Below are positions 50,442 to 61,683 of a stretch of 64,000 nt of DNA, piece after piece. Within the stretch, counting starts at the first letter, position 1; each line of letters begins with the position of its first letter. A model generated the notes under the pieces. It saw only the letters and a program-made list of their open reading frames with translations, searched no databases and was not told the DNA's origin. A program made the position numbers and the translations under genes. The stretch comes from an uncultured Pelagibacteraceae bacterium (GTDB lineage Bacteria > Pseudomonadota > Alphaproteobacteria > Pelagibacterales > Pelagibacteraceae): assembly GCA_902541515.1 (NCBI GenBank), contig CACBRD010000001.1, positions 22,608 to 86,607 on the forward strand. Direction: 5' to 3'.

Positions 50442-52120
50442 TGGTTTCTCTACAAAAGTTAGAAATTGAACTTCAAGAATTATTTAAGCAAAAACAATAT
50501 TCCACAATAATATTTGAAATTACATCTCAGACAGAAGATGATGAAAGAACTTCATCTCTATGTAATTTATTAGGTTTAAGTAGAATTTCTAATGATAATA
50601 AAAATAAAGATTCATTGTCGATGGCGTTAAGAGATTTTAAACAAGGTTTTTTAAAAGAAAAAAATACAAATCATGCAATAGACTGTCTCGCAAATTTTAT
50701 TACTTCAAGTGTTCTCTTAATAGATTTAGAAAAAAACTATAAATTTGACTTCAGCGAGATAATCAATTTTTATGAGTTGACTGAAAAATTTTGTATAAAC
50801 CATAGGTCAATTAATCTTGCAATGGCAATGGTTTATCGGAGGTTAAATGATACGAAAAAGTTAATACTTCACTTAAGTAGACTGATAGAGTCAAAAAAAT
50901 TTAATTCCAATGATTTATGTAATTATGGTTATTGGAGATGTTTTGATAAAAACTGGAAACAATCTGATTTTTTTAATTTTGGAAAGTTTTTAGATCAAAA
51001 TTTAAAAGTAATTCCACAAGATCAATTAGTAGAAATTTCTCAGGAACCTAACTCAAAAATTAGAATAGGCTTTTTGTCAGCAGATATTCTTGAAGGTCAT
51101 TCAATTTGTTATTTTCTAAAAACTCTTCTTTTAAATTATGATAAAAATAAATTTGAAATAGTTTTAGTATTAAGTAATTCAAAAGAGGATAAGTCCACAG
51201 ATAGTTTTAAGAATTTGGTGGATAAAACAATAAATATTTCTAAACTAAATAATATCGATTCTATAAATCAAGTAAGAAAGTGCAAATTAGATGTTTTATT
51301 TGACTTAATGGGTTACACATCAAAACAACGTCTAGAATTGTTTAAGAACAGGATGGCAAAAAAACAAATAATTTGGATGGGTTATTGTAATACCACAGGA
51401 TTAAAAAACATGGACTATATTATATCAGACTCAAATTTAATTAATCGAGAGGAGGAAAAATTTTACTCTGAAAAAGTGATATATTTACCAAAAATTTGGA
51501 ATTCTCATTGTGGGTTTGATTTTGAAAGAAAAGAAAATTCTCCACCATTTATTAAGAATAAATATTTAACTTTTGGTTCGTTTAATAGTTTTGATAAAAT
51601 TAACTCAGATGTAGTATCTACTTGGTCGAATATTCTCAAAAAAATTAAAAATTCTAAGCTTGTTTTAAAAACTTCAAAACGACAACATGCATTAGATAGA
51701 ATTAAAGAATTGTTCAAAAAAAACGGAGTTTTAGACTCAATTAGATTCATAGAGAGAGAAGAAGTATTTAAAAATCATCTAAATGCTTATAACGAAATAG
51801 ACATCGCTCTAGACACCTTTCCTTATAATGGGGTAACGACATCTTTTGAAGCTATATGGATGGGAGTGCCAGTAATTACCATGACAGGATATAATTTTAA
51901 TTCTAGATGTGGTGAATCGATTAATAGAAATTTAGGTATGGATCAACTAATTGCTAGAGATGAAAATGACTATGTAGAAAAAGTGGTAAAATTATCAAAT
52001 AATTTTGATGATTATATAAGCCTAAGAAAATTTATTTTTGTCAATGCATTAAAAAGTCCACTATTTGACAATCAAAATTATGCTAAGAGTTTTTTTGAGG
52101 CGTTAGAGCAAATAGTTTAA
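50441..52120 (+). CDS. GT41 glycosyltransferase (SPINDLY/OGT-like), copy B
   Basis: IGFLSADI-HSI, WMGYCNTTG, FGSFNS-KI, DIALDTFPYNGVTTSFEAIWMGVPV; colinear paralogue of copy A; TAATG overlap. Confidence 0.85.
   Translation: MVSLQKLEIELQELFKQKQYSTIIFEITSQTEDDERTSSLCNLLGLSRISNDNKNKDSLSMALRDFKQGFLKEKNTNHAIDCLANFITSSVLLIDLEKNYKFDFSEIINFYELTEKFCINHRSINLAMAMVYRRLNDTKKLILHLSRLIESKKFNSNDLCNYGYWRCFDKNWKQSDFFNFGKFLDQNLKVIPQDQLVEISQEPNSKIRIGFLSADILEGHSICYFLKTLLLNYDKNKFEIVLVLSNSKEDKSTDSFKNLVDKTINISKLNNIDSINQVRKCKLDVLFDLMGYTSKQRLELFKNRMAKKQIIWMGYCNTTGLKNMDYIISDSNLINREEEKFYSEKVIYLPKIWNSHCGFDFERKENSPPFIKNKYLTFGSFNSFDKINSDVVSTWSNILKKIKNSKLVLKTSKRQHALDRIKELFKKNGVLDSIRFIEREEVFKNHLNAYNEIDIALDTFPYNGVTTSFEAIWMGVPVITMTGYNFNSRCGESINRNLGMDQLIARDENDYVEKVVKLSNNFDDYISLRKFIFVNALKSPLFDNQNYAKSFFEALEQIV
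51890..51967 (+). repeat. 78-bp perfect direct repeat, copy 2
   Basis: Identical to 50208-50285, offset 1682 bp, same codon phase in each gene. Confidence 0.9.
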
Positions 52121-52168
52121 TAGAAATATTTAATTTAAAAATTTAGATTAAGTCATTATAATTTATAT

Positions 52169-53500
52169 ATGACAATCTATGCTCTATCGTCGGGATCAGG
52201 GATATCTGGAGTTGCTATTGTGAGAATTTCTGGTCAAGATGCATCTAAAGCAATAACTTTACTTACGGGAAAACCTATCCCGAAGCCAAGAGTCGCCTCC
52301 CTTAGAAAAATAAATAATGTCAACACTTCTGAAACGATTGACGAAGGTATAATTTTATGGTTTCCAGGCCCTGAGAGCTATACAGGCGAAGATATGGTTG
52401 AAATCCATGTCCATGGAGGCCAAGCGATTATTTTAGCATTACAAAATGAGTTATCAAAGATAGCTAATTTTAGATTAGCTGAACCAGGAGAATTTACCAA
52501 GATAGCTTTTCAGAATGGTAAAATTAATCTGTTAAAAGCTGAAAGTATTGCTGATTTAATTTCTGCTGAGACTGAAATGCAAAGATTACAAGCCGTAAAA
52601 ATTATGAAAGGTAAATCAGGTGAGAAATTTAATAATTTAAGAGAAAAATTACTAAAGATTTTATCTTTTATTGAGGCAAAAATTGATTTTCCTGAGGAAG
52701 ATTTACCTGAAGAAAATATAAAAAAAATTAAAAAAGATACGACTGAAGTTTTAAACCAAATTAAAAAAATTTTAGATGATCAAAAAGTAGGTGAAATAAT
52801 TCGTGAAGGTTTTAAAATTGCTATTGTTGGTCCAACCAATGCTGGGAAATCCTCTTTATTAAATAATTTATCGAATCGAGATGTTGCAATTGTTTCCGAA
52901 ATTGCAGGAACAACAAGGGATGTAATTGAGACACATTTAAATATTGATGGTTATCCAGTTATTATCTCAGATACAGCGGGTATTAGAAATTCTAAAGATG
53001 AAATAGAGAAAAAAGGTATAAAATTGTCTTTAGATAGAGCAGAGAATGCTGATTTGAAATTAGTTGTAGTAGACTCAAAAAGTATTGATTTAAGCGGATT
53101 TTTGAATGATTTATTAAAAAATAATGCAATTTTAGTTGTAAATAAGTCAGATCTTATTGAGGGTGAGTTAGAACCAGAGGTAACAAAGTTAGATCATGTT
53201 TTAATTTCATTAAAGGAGAACCTAAATTTAGATAAGTTAATTCTAAAGATCAAGGATAGGTTAAAGAGAAAATTTATTGTTAATGATGATATATTAATCA
53301 CTAGAGAAAGACACAGGCATCACTTGATTCAGTGTTTAGATAATTTGACAAATTTCCTAGAAAAAAATGATAAAAAAGATTTCGATAAAGCAGCTGAAGA
53401 TTTGAGGTTAGCTACTAGACATTTAGGTATGATTGTTGGAAAGGTTGATGTAGAGGAAATTTTAGGTAGTATTTTCAACGATTTTTGCATTGGAAAATAA
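52169..53500 (+). CDS. mnmE: tRNA modification GTPase MnmE
   Basis: SYTGED, AEPGEF, GPTNAGKSS, GTTRD, DTAG, NKSD, FCIGK. Confidence 0.97.
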   Translation: MTIYALSSGSGISGVAIVRISGQDASKAITLLTGKPIPKPRVASLRKINNVNTSETIDEGIILWFPGPESYTGEDMVEIHVHGGQAIILALQNELSKIANFRLAEPGEFTKIAFQNGKINLLKAESIADLISAETEMQRLQAVKIMKGKSGEKFNNLREKLLKILSFIEAKIDFPEEDLPEENIKKIKKDTTEVLNQIKKILDDQKVGEIIREGFKIAIVGPTNAGKSSLLNNLSNRDVAIVSEIAGTTRDVIETHLNIDGYPVIISDTAGIRNSKDEIEKKGIKLSLDRAENADLKLVVVDSKSIDLSGFLNDLLKNNAILVVNKSDLIEGELEPEVTKLDHVLISLKENLNLDKLILKIKDRLKRKFIVNDDILITRERHRHHLIQCLDNLTNFLEKNDKKDFDKAAEDLRLATRHLGMIVGKVDVEEILGSIFNDFCIGK

Positions 53501-53539
53501 GATCCTTGTAAAATTTTTTTTCAAATATAAATTTACATC

Positions 53540-55411
53540 ATGAAAAAAGAATTTTCATTTGATGTTGTTGTAATTGGGGGTGGTCATGCTGGTTGTGAAG
53601 CAGCAGCTGCTTCAGCTCGTCTAGGTGTAAACACTGCTCTGTTTACTCACGATAAAAATACCATTGGTGAGTTGTCATGCAATCCTGCAATTGGTGGTTT
53701 AGGCAAAGGTCATTTAGTCAGGGAAATAGATGCGTTAGATGGTGTTATGGGAGAGATTGCAGATAAATCAGGAATACAATTCAGGTTGTTAAATAGAAGC
53801 AGAGGACCAGCTGTAAGAGGTCCAAGAACTCAATCTGACCGAAGCTTATATAAGCAATTTATGCAAGAAAAACTTGTAAACTATTGTAATTTAAGCATTT
53901 TTTCTGATCCATTAGTAAAATTTATTTTTTCAAATAATGCAATAAACGGCTTTTTAACATTAAAAGGTAATAAGATAAGGTGTAGTAAAATAATTTTAAC
54001 AACTGGTACTTTTTTAAATGGATTGATTCATATTGGTGACGAGCGCACTCCTGCAGGTAGATATAATGAGAAACCTAGCACTGGTTTAAGTGAGCAATTA
54101 GAAAAATATAAATTTAAAATAGGAAGATTAAAAACAGGTACTCCACCAAGACTTGATGCAAGGACAATAAATTTCAAAAATTTAGAAAAACAAGCAGCTG
54201 ATGAAAATCCTTACTTCTTCTCTTTCTTAACGAAATCTACTTCGAATAAACAAGTTTCGTGTTCTATGACTCATACAAACGAAAAGGTACATAAGATTAT
54301 AGAAAAAAATTTATCTAAGAGCGCTATGTATTCCGGCAGCATTCAAGGAGTAGGTCCGAGATATTGTCCTTCAATAGAAGATAAAGTAGTTAAGTTTGCC
54401 GAAAAGACAAGACATCAAATATTTTTAGAGCCCGAAGGGCTTAATGACCACACAATTTACCCAAATGGTATATCAACTTCACTACCCGAGGTAGTACAAG
54501 CTGAAATACTCAATAATATCAATGGTTTAGAAAGTGTAAAAATGATTAGGCCGGGATATGCCATAGAATATGACTATATAGATCCTAGAGAACTTTTTTT
54601 AACACTAGAAACTAAAAAAATTAAAAACTTATATTTAGCTGGTCAAATTAATGGAACTACAGGATATGAAGAAGCTGCAGCCCAAGGTCTTATTGCGGGT
54701 GTAAACGCAGCATTATCATTTATGGGTAAAGAACCATTCATTCTTGATAGGTCAGATGCTTATATTGGTGTAATGATAGATGATTTAGTCACAAAGGGTG
54801 TTGCAGAGCCTTACAGAATGTTTACATCAAGAGCTGAGTATAGATTAAGTCTAAGAGCAGATAACGCTGATTTGAGACTTACTAACAAAGGGATTAAAAT
54901 CGGTTTAATATCAGATGAAAGAAAATTTAAATTCGAGGATAAATTCTTGAAAATGAGTGAAATTTCACTTCAAATGTCTAGTTTGAGTATATCTCCAACA
55001 AAAGCTCAAAAAAATGGCATAAAAATTGCGAAAGATGGTATTTTAAGGTCAGCAGAAGAAATTTTAGCCCAAAAGGATGCTAATATGTATAAAATACGTA
55101 GAATTTGGCCTGAAATTAAAAATTTTGGTTCCGAAATAGATGAACAGATAGAAATTAATTCTCACTACAGAGGTTATTTAAAGAAGCAAAAAGCAGATAT
55201 CCTAGCTTTTAAAAGAGATGAGAATCTAATTATCCCTGATAATATTGATTATGATCAATTTTCTGGTTTATCGAACGAAGTAAAGTCAAAATTTAAGGAA
55301 ATAAGACCAAAAACTATGGGACAAGCTTTACGAATAGACGGAATTACTCCAGCAGCCGTATATATTTTGTTGTCACACGTAAAAAGAAAGTCTATTAAGC
55401 ATATAGCTTAA
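53540..55411 (+). CDS. mnmG: tRNA uridine 5-carboxymethylaminomethyl modification enzyme MnmG (GidA)
   Basis: [53 protein letters not shown]. Confidence 0.97.
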   Translation: MKKEFSFDVVVIGGGHAGCEAAAASARLGVNTALFTHDKNTIGELSCNPAIGGLGKGHLVREIDALDGVMGEIADKSGIQFRLLNRSRGPAVRGPRTQSDRSLYKQFMQEKLVNYCNLSIFSDPLVKFIFSNNAINGFLTLKGNKIRCSKIILTTGTFLNGLIHIGDERTPAGRYNEKPSTGLSEQLEKYKFKIGRLKTGTPPRLDARTINFKNLEKQAADENPYFFSFLTKSTSNKQVSCSMTHTNEKVHKIIEKNLSKSAMYSGSIQGVGPRYCPSIEDKVVKFAEKTRHQIFLEPEGLNDHTIYPNGISTSLPEVVQAEILNNINGLESVKMIRPGYAIEYDYIDPRELFLTLETKKIKNLYLAGQINGTTGYEEAAAQGLIAGVNAALSFMGKEPFILDRSDAYIGVMIDDLVTKGVAEPYRMFTSRAEYRLSLRADNADLRLTNKGIKIGLISDERKFKFEDKFLKMSEISLQMSSLSISPTKAQKNGIKIAKDGILRSAEEILAQKDANMYKIRRIWPEIKNFGSEIDEQIEINSHYRGYLKKQKADILAFKRDENLIIPDNIDYDQFSGLSNEVKSKFKEIRPKTMGQALRIDGITPAAVYILLSHVKRKSIKHIA

Positions 55412-56055
55412 TGGATTCGATAATTTCTAAAAATTACTCTAATATTTCAAAATTTGAAGTTTCACGTGAAACTTGTAATGAGCTTGAGAACCTTATAGGC
55501 ATGATACAAAAAAAAAATAAGGAAATTAACATAATTAGTAGAAAAAACTCTGATCAGAGGGTTATAAGACAAAGACATATTGTTGATTCAGCGCAAATAA
55601 TTGATTTTGTTGATTTAAACACAAATACAACCTCTGATTTAGGTTCTGGGGGTGGTATCCCTGGACTAATCATAGCGATCTTAATGAAGAAATTAAAAAA
55701 CAGCATGAAAATAAAACTTTATGAAAAGAGTTATCATAAATGTGTTTTTTTGAAAGATGTTTCTGAAAAATTAGAATTAAACACAGAAATAATACAAAAA
55801 GATATCTTTAAACTTAGAAATATTGAAACTGGAACGATTATGTCCAGAGCTTTTAAACCAATGCCAATAATTCTTGATTTAGTTCAAAAAAATTTTCGGA
55901 AATATAAAAACATTATTTTATTCATGGGCAAAAGTGGGAGAAAAATTTTAAATGAAACTCTTAAAATTTGGGATTTAGACTATGAGGAAAAAGAAAGTTT
56001 AACAAACAAAGATTCATTTTTGTTAAATATAAAAAATATGGAAAAAAAAATTTGA
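55411..56055 (+). CDS. rsmG: 16S rRNA m7G527 methyltransferase RsmG (GidB)
   Basis: VSRET, RHIVDSAQ, DLGSGGGIPG, SRAF; lies between mnmG and parA. Confidence 0.9.
   Translation: MDSIISKNYSNISKFEVSRETCNELENLIGMIQKKNKEINIISRKNSDQRVIRQRHIVDSAQIIDFVDLNTNTTSDLGSGGGIPGLIIAILMKKLKNSMKIKLYEKSYHKCVFLKDVSEKLELNTEIIQKDIFKLRNIETGTIMSRAFKPMPIILDLVQKNFRKYKNIILFMGKSGRKILNETLKIWDLDYEEKESLTNKDSFLLNIKNMEKKI
55457..55474. promoter_or_regulatory. parS centromere-like site inside rsmG
   Basis: Perfect palindrome AAGTTTCACGTGAAACTT containing the parS core GTTTCACGTGAAAC, about 600 bp upstream of parA. Confidence 0.85.
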
Positions 56056-56849
56056 TGAAAATTATTTCAATTATAAATCAGAAGGGCGGGGTTGGAAAAA
56101 CAACCACTGTAATTAACCTTGCCTCTGCACTCACACAACAAGGAAAAAAAATTTTGGTTATTGACTTAGATCCACAAGGAAATGCAACAACTGGTCTTGG
56201 TTTATCTAATTCAGAAAAATCAGACGAAACTATTTATGGTATTTTAAATGGAACTAAGTCTATCTCAGAGGTAATTAAAAAAACAAAATTTGATAATCTT
56301 GATTTGATAACTTCAAATGTCGATTTGTCTGGTCTGGAGGTCGAAACAGCCGGGGATAGTGATCGGGCATTTATTCTAAAGGTAAAATTAGCCGCTTATT
56401 TAAATGATTCTGGAGCGATATATGATTATATACTTATAGATTGTCCACCATCTTTAAGTTTATTGACAGTGATGGCACTGGTATGCTCAAACTCTCTCTT
56501 AGTCCCCCTTCAGACAGAATTTTTTGCGTTAGAAGGTTTAACCCAACTGATGAAAACAATAGATCGAATAAAAATTAACTTAAACCCAGGTTTAGAAATT
56601 CAAGGAATACTTTTGACGATGTATGATAGAAGAAATAAATTATCTTCTCAGGTTGAACAGGAAGCAAGAAATTATTTTAAGGAAAAGGTATATCAAACAG
56701 TGATCCCGCGTAATGTAAGATTATCTGAAGCACCTTCTCATGGAGTGCCAGTTTTAATTTATGATAAAAATTGCCCTGGAAGTAAATCATATTATAGTTT
56801 TACTGATGAATTTATAAGCCAAGAAAATCAAATAGGGAGTGCAGCTTAG
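56055..56849 (+). CDS. parA: chromosome partitioning ATPase ParA
   Basis: NQKGGVGKTTT, DLDPQGNAT, DCPPSL, IPRNVRLSEAPSHG. Confidence 0.97.
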   Translation: MKIISIINQKGGVGKTTTVINLASALTQQGKKILVIDLDPQGNATTGLGLSNSEKSDETIYGILNGTKSISEVIKKTKFDNLDLITSNVDLSGLEVETAGDSDRAFILKVKLAAYLNDSGAIYDYILIDCPPSLSLLTVMALVCSNSLLVPLQTEFFALEGLTQLMKTIDRIKINLNPGLEIQGILLTMYDRRNKLSSQVEQEARNYFKEKVYQTVIPRNVRLSEAPSHGVPVLIYDKNCPGSKSYYSFTDEFISQENQIGSAA

Positions 56850-57688
56850 TGAATAAGATTAAAAAGGGATTAGGTAGAGGATTATCATCATTAATAGGTG
56901 AAACTAAGGTAGAGCCAACTACTAACAAATTATCAATCAGCGCGTTGTATCCGAATAAATTTCAACCAAGAAAAATTTTTGACCAGGAAAGTTTAAACGA
57001 TCTAGAAAAATCAATTAAGGAGAGGGGTATTATTCAGCCAATAATCGTTAGGAAATCTGTTGAAAATTCAAAGTATGAAATTATTGCAGGAGAAAGAAGA
57101 TGGCTTGCAGCTCAAAAAGCAGGTCTTCATGAGGTACCAGTTGTTGTTACTGAAGCAGATGATTTAAAATCTCTAGAGTTTGCAATTGTTGAAAATGTTC
57201 AAAGGAATGATCTTAATCCTTTAGAGGAAGCTCAAGGTTATCAAAGATTAATAAATGATTTTTCTTATGATCAAGAAAAAGTATCAAAATTTATCGGTAA
57301 AAGCCGAAGTTATATCACCAATTGCTTAAGAATACTCACCTTGCCAAATGATGTTTTAAGTTTAATTGAGTCTAAAAAATTATCTACCGGTCATGCAAAA
57401 ATCTTAGTTGGGCTTGAAAATGCAAGTTTCGTTGCACAGAAGATCATTGAAAAAAAACTGTCAGTGCGACAATCCGAAAATTTTGTCAAAATTTTCAAAA
57501 AGAAAAAGGGTTCTTTTGCTAAATCAATAGATCCTAATATTCAAAATCTTCAAAAATCCATTTCCAACCAGATTGGTTTAAATGTTTCGATAAAGAATAC
57601 AAAAAAAAATAAAGGGACTATTACTTTTGTCTATCACGATATTGAGCAGTTAAATAAAATAATTGATGTTATTAAGTCTTATTATTAA
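56849..57688 (+). CDS. parB: chromosome partitioning protein ParB
   Basis: GLGRGL, QPRK, IIAGERRW, ENVQRNDL, HTH GKSRSYITN, GHA. Confidence 0.97.
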   Translation: MNKIKKGLGRGLSSLIGETKVEPTTNKLSISALYPNKFQPRKIFDQESLNDLEKSIKERGIIQPIIVRKSVENSKYEIIAGERRWLAAQKAGLHEVPVVVTEADDLKSLEFAIVENVQRNDLNPLEEAQGYQRLINDFSYDQEKVSKFIGKSRSYITNCLRILTLPNDVLSLIESKKLSTGHAKILVGLENASFVAQKIIEKKLSVRQSENFVKIFKKKKGSFAKSIDPNIQNLQKSISNQIGLNVSIKNTKKNKGTITFVYHDIEQLNKIIDVIKSYY

Positions 57689-57689
57689 A

Positions 57690-58670
57690 CTATACTGAAC
57701 TTTTTTCTAAAATAAAATTAGTTATAATGAATACTGAATTGTTATAATTTTTTTTCACTTCAAGTTCAGCGTTATTTATATTAATTATAAGTTCTTTAAT
57801 TTTTTTTGGTCTCCACTTATTTAGCTGAACTTTTACGATCTCTTTATCTTTCCAAAAAATTGGAGGTTTGGCAGAATTAATTGTTTTGTTAATATCTTTG
57901 TTTTGTTCGAATTGAATAGCGAGTTTAAGAATTTTTTTAGCTTTAGATAAAAAAGTTCTCAGAATTAAAATACAATCTTCAGAATTATAATTATTTTCAT
58001 TAATAATATTTAATATTTTTTTTTGATTTTTTGCCAAGCAATTATCAATTAATTCTGACAATCCATGGTTTTCACTTAAATTAATTAATTTTAAGAGTTC
58101 TTTAGATGCAACCTTTTTTTTATGTTTTGAATAATTCTTAATTTTATCAAGTTCATTGTTCAAAATACTTCTGTCTCCAGAACATTTTTCAACAATAAGA
58201 TTAATATTTTGTTGTGAAATGAGAATATTTTCTTTTTTAAAAAAATTATAAGTTATTTTCGAGAGTGTTTCGTTATTATCAGGGTATGTTGGTATACAAA
58301 TTAATTTTTTATCTTTTTCAAACAAAGTTCTTAATTTCGACCTTGTTTCTAAAAGACCAGCATTAATTATAACTTTTATATTATTCAAATTTCGACTGAT
58401 TAAATCTTGAATAATTTCATAAATTCTATCTGAAGCCCTATTTACAATTATAATTTTACCTTTTTCAAATAAAGAATCAGATAATACATTCTCGTAAAAG
58501 GTATTTATTTCATCCTTAATTTGCTTTTCATCGTAATTAAAAATTTTTCCAATATTTTTTTTTTGTATTTCATTTATACACTCGGTTTTCAAACCCTCGT
58601 TTTTGCCGTAAATTAAGTAGAAAATTGCTTTATTATTAATTTTATTAATTTCAAATGTTTTTAAAATCAT
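57690..58670 (-). CDS. holA: DNA polymerase III delta subunit
   Basis: LIYGKNEG, SLF, NELDKI, PPIFWK; leuS-lptE-holA synteny. Confidence 0.85.
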   Translation of the reverse strand: MILKTFEINKINNKAIFYLIYGKNEGLKTECINEIQKKNIGKIFNYDEKQIKDEINTFYENVLSDSLFEKGKIIIVNRASDRIYEIIQDLISRNLNNIKVIINAGLLETRSKLRTLFEKDKKLICIPTYPDNNETLSKITYNFFKKENILISQQNINLIVEKCSGDRSILNNELDKIKNYSKHKKKVASKELLKLINLSENHGLSELIDNCLAKNQKKILNIINENNYNSEDCILILRTFLSKAKKILKLAIQFEQNKDINKTINSAKPPIFWKDKEIVKVQLNKWRPKKIKELIININNAELEVKKNYNNSVFIITNFILEKSSV

Positions 58671-59125
58671 TTAGTCGATGCCAATCTAAGAATAATCTTC
58701 TGAGCTATTGAATTAGCCAGATTTTTTTTAATATTTTGTTCATAATTTTTCTCTTCATATTTGTCAGTCATTTTTTGAAAATTAAATTTTTCATTAACTG
58801 AAAAATTTTCAGAATTATTTCCTTTAATAATTGTAAATAAAGTAATTACATTAGTTTGGTAATCAGTGATTGTTCCAGCAGCATCTTTAGCTAAAACACT
58901 CTTTGTGTATTTTGTGTCAAAACTAATATTAATGATTTCTTTTGATTTTTCTTTGCTATTTTTTTTTAGATTTTTAAAGATTATATCATTTATATCTTTA
59001 TCGCCAGTAAAGCTCGTTATTATAATTTTATGATTAATTTTATTCTGATTTGAATAAATTGGTTTATAATCACAGTGATTTAATAAATTTAACAAAAAAA
59101 TAACAAAAAAAATTTTTTTAAGCAT
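58667..59125 (-). CDS. lptE: LPS assembly lipoprotein LptE-like
   Basis: Signal peptide with Cys (CDYKPIY); between leuS and holA. Confidence 0.7.
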   Translation of the reverse strand: MLKKIFFVIFLLNLLNHCDYKPIYSNQNKINHKIIITSFTGDKDINDIIFKNLKKNSKEKSKEIINISFDTKYTKSVLAKDAAGTITDYQTNVITLFTIIKGNNSENFSVNEKFNFQKMTDKYEEKNYEQNIKKNLANSIAQKIILRLASTK

Positions 59126-61660
59126 TTAAATAATTATATTCAAAAGTTTGTCTTTTATAAAAACCTTACGTTTTATTGTTTTTTGATTTAAATATTTTAT
59201 TATTTTCTCATCATTCTTAATCATTTGAAAGAGTTTTTCTTCAGTAATATTTGGTTTAGTTTGAAGAACTCCTCTTTTTTTTCCATTTATCTGAATAACG
59301 ACATTAATAATCTCCTCTTTTAATAACGAAATATCATATTCTGGCCATATAAAATCTCGAACCTTTAAGATACTTAGACACTCATTTGCAAAATGAGGTA
59401 GAATTGGTGTCATAACAATTAATATCTTTTGATAATTTTCAATAATTGTTTTTTTTGTGTAAGCTTTTTCAATTTTTTTATTTAAGAAAGAATACATTTC
59501 ATACAAGTTAGCTATAATTTTGTTATAACTAAAACTCTCGAGATTATCGTGAACTTTTTTTAAATATTTATTTGTATATCTTGTAATCTCATCATCATAA
59601 TCAGTACTATGATTTTTATTCATTTCATTAATAACTTTTTCATTCAATTTCCAAAGTTTTTGAATGAATTTAAAAGATGAAACGATGCCTTCCTCAGACC
59701 ATTGGACATCTTTTTCCGGAGGACTATCAGATAATATAAAAAGTCTTACCGAGTCAGCACCATAATCAGCAATGATATTCTCTGGATCAATTGTATTTTT
59801 TTTTGACTTAGACATAGATTCTGATGGCCCAACTGAAATTAATTTAGTTGTGTCTTTTTTAAGATACTTCTTACCATCAATATTTTCAATTTCATCAGGA
59901 CTAATCCAATTATTATCAGGGTCTTTATAAGTTTCATGACAGACCATTCCTTGGGTAAAGAGACCGCTAAATGGTTCTAATATATTAAAATTAATATTTT
60001 CATGTGACAACGCTTGCATAAAAAATCTAGAATAAAGCAAATGTAAGATTGCATGTTCTACGCCACCAATATATTGATCCACAGGCATCCAGTAATCGAT
60101 ATCCTCTCTCTTAAATCCATATTCAGTTTCTGTCGGAGAGCAAAATCTCAAGTAGTACCAAGATGAGCAAACAAAAGTGTCTAAAGTGTCAGTCTCTCTA
60201 AACAATTTCTTTCCATCCAAATTTATTTTCCTCCAATTATTTTGACTATCAAGCGGATTACCTTTTACATTCAAATCTATATTTTCAGGTAGTTCAACTG
60301 GTAACATTGATTTAGGAATAGGATAAACTTTTCCATTTTCATCATATGCTATTGGAATAGGGCATCCCCAATATCTTTGTCTTGATACACCCCAATCTTT
60401 TAATCTAAAATTAATTTGTTTTTTTCCTAATTTTTTTTGTTCTAAAATTTTAATTGTCTCCAGAATTGAATTTTCTGGTGCCTTAAGACCATTTAAAAAA
60501 TCTGAATTAATAAGCACACCTGGTCCTGGATATGCCTCATCGATGACTTTAAATTTTTCATTTTTATCATCTGGCCTGACAACAGTCCTTATTTCTAAAT
60601 CATATTTTTTTGCAAAATCAAAATCTCTTTGGTCATGTGCTGGGCAACCAAAAACAGCACCAAATCCATAATCCATCAATACAAAGTTTGCAAAATATAC
60701 TGGCACTTTTTGTTTTGGATTAAGCGGATTAACAGCAACTAGACTGGTTTTAAAGCCGATTTTTTCACCAACTGCTATGGCTTCTTCGGTTGTACCAGTT
60801 TTGGAGCACTCTTGTTTAAAATTTAAAAAATCCTCATTATCATTATAAAATTTAGAAACTTCATGATCCACTGATAGTGCTAAAAATGAAAATCCAAAAA
60901 GTGTATCAGGTCTTGTAGTGAAACATTTAATATTTTTAATAGGTAAGTTCCCTTCAATTTTAAAATCAATCTCACATCCAAAGGATTTTCCAATCCAATT
61001 TTTTTGCATTGTTTTTACTTTGTTTGGCCAAGTATCTAATTTTTCTATACCATCTAATAATTCTTGTGAAAATTTAGATATATTAAAAAACCATTGGCTT
61101 AATTTTTTTCTTTCAACAATAGCTCCAGATCGCCAGCCTTTGCCATCGATCACCTGTTCGTTTGCAAGAACAGTTTCATCCACAGGATCCCAATTGACAT
61201 AATTTTCTTTTCTGTAAACAAGTTTTTTTTCAAATAATTCTAAGAAAAATGCTTGTTGATGTTTATAATAATCTTTGTTGCAAGTTGAAATTTCTCTATC
61301 CCAATCAATTGACAAACCCAGTTTTTTTAATTGAGTTTTCATATTAAGTATGTTTGTTTCAGTCCATTTTTTCGGATCTAGATTATTTTGTTTCGCTGCA
61401 TTTTCAGCAGGCATTCCAAATGAGTCCCATCCCATTGGGTGCAAAACATTATATCCTTGAAGAGATTTGTAGCGGGCAAGAACATCACCAATAGTATAAT
61501 TCCTAACGTGACCCATATGGATCTTCCCTGATGGATAAGGAAACATCTCAAGACAATAAAATTTTTTTTTTGCGGGATCTGTTTTTACTTTAAAACTTTT
61601 ATTTTTTTCCCAATAATTTTGCCATTTCGTTTCTATCGATTTGAAATTATATCTGCTCAT
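59126..61660 (-). CDS. leuS: leucine--tRNA ligase
   Basis: [41 protein letters not shown]. Confidence 0.97.
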   Translation of the reverse strand: MSRYNFKSIETKWQNYWEKNKSFKVKTDPAKKKFYCLEMFPYPSGKIHMGHVRNYTIGDVLARYKSLQGYNVLHPMGWDSFGMPAENAAKQNNLDPKKWTETNILNMKTQLKKLGLSIDWDREISTCNKDYYKHQQAFFLELFEKKLVYRKENYVNWDPVDETVLANEQVIDGKGWRSGAIVERKKLSQWFFNISKFSQELLDGIEKLDTWPNKVKTMQKNWIGKSFGCEIDFKIEGNLPIKNIKCFTTRPDTLFGFSFLALSVDHEVSKFYNDNEDFLNFKQECSKTGTTEEAIAVGEKIGFKTSLVAVNPLNPKQKVPVYFANFVLMDYGFGAVFGCPAHDQRDFDFAKKYDLEIRTVVRPDDKNEKFKVIDEAYPGPGVLINSDFLNGLKAPENSILETIKILEQKKLGKKQINFRLKDWGVSRQRYWGCPIPIAYDENGKVYPIPKSMLPVELPENIDLNVKGNPLDSQNNWRKINLDGKKLFRETDTLDTFVCSSWYYLRFCSPTETEYGFKREDIDYWMPVDQYIGGVEHAILHLLYSRFFMQALSHENINFNILEPFSGLFTQGMVCHETYKDPDNNWISPDEIENIDGKKYLKKDTTKLISVGPSESMSKSKKNTIDPENIIADYGADSVRLFILSDSPPEKDVQWSEEGIVSSFKFIQKLWKLNEKVINEMNKNHSTDYDDEITRYTNKYLKKVHDNLESFSYNKIIANLYEMYSFLNKKIEKAYTKKTIIENYQKILIVMTPILPHFANECLSILKVRDFIWPEYDISLLKEEIINVVIQINGKKRGVLQTKPNITEEKLFQMIKNDEKIIKYLNQKTIKRKVFIKDKLLNIII

Positions 61661-61683
61661 AGCAATTAATTAATCTTTAGAGA

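Noticed and set aside
55371-55386. parS-like TGTCACACGTAAAAAG at the end of mnmG
   Set aside because: Several mismatches, not palindromic, and explained by coding sequence
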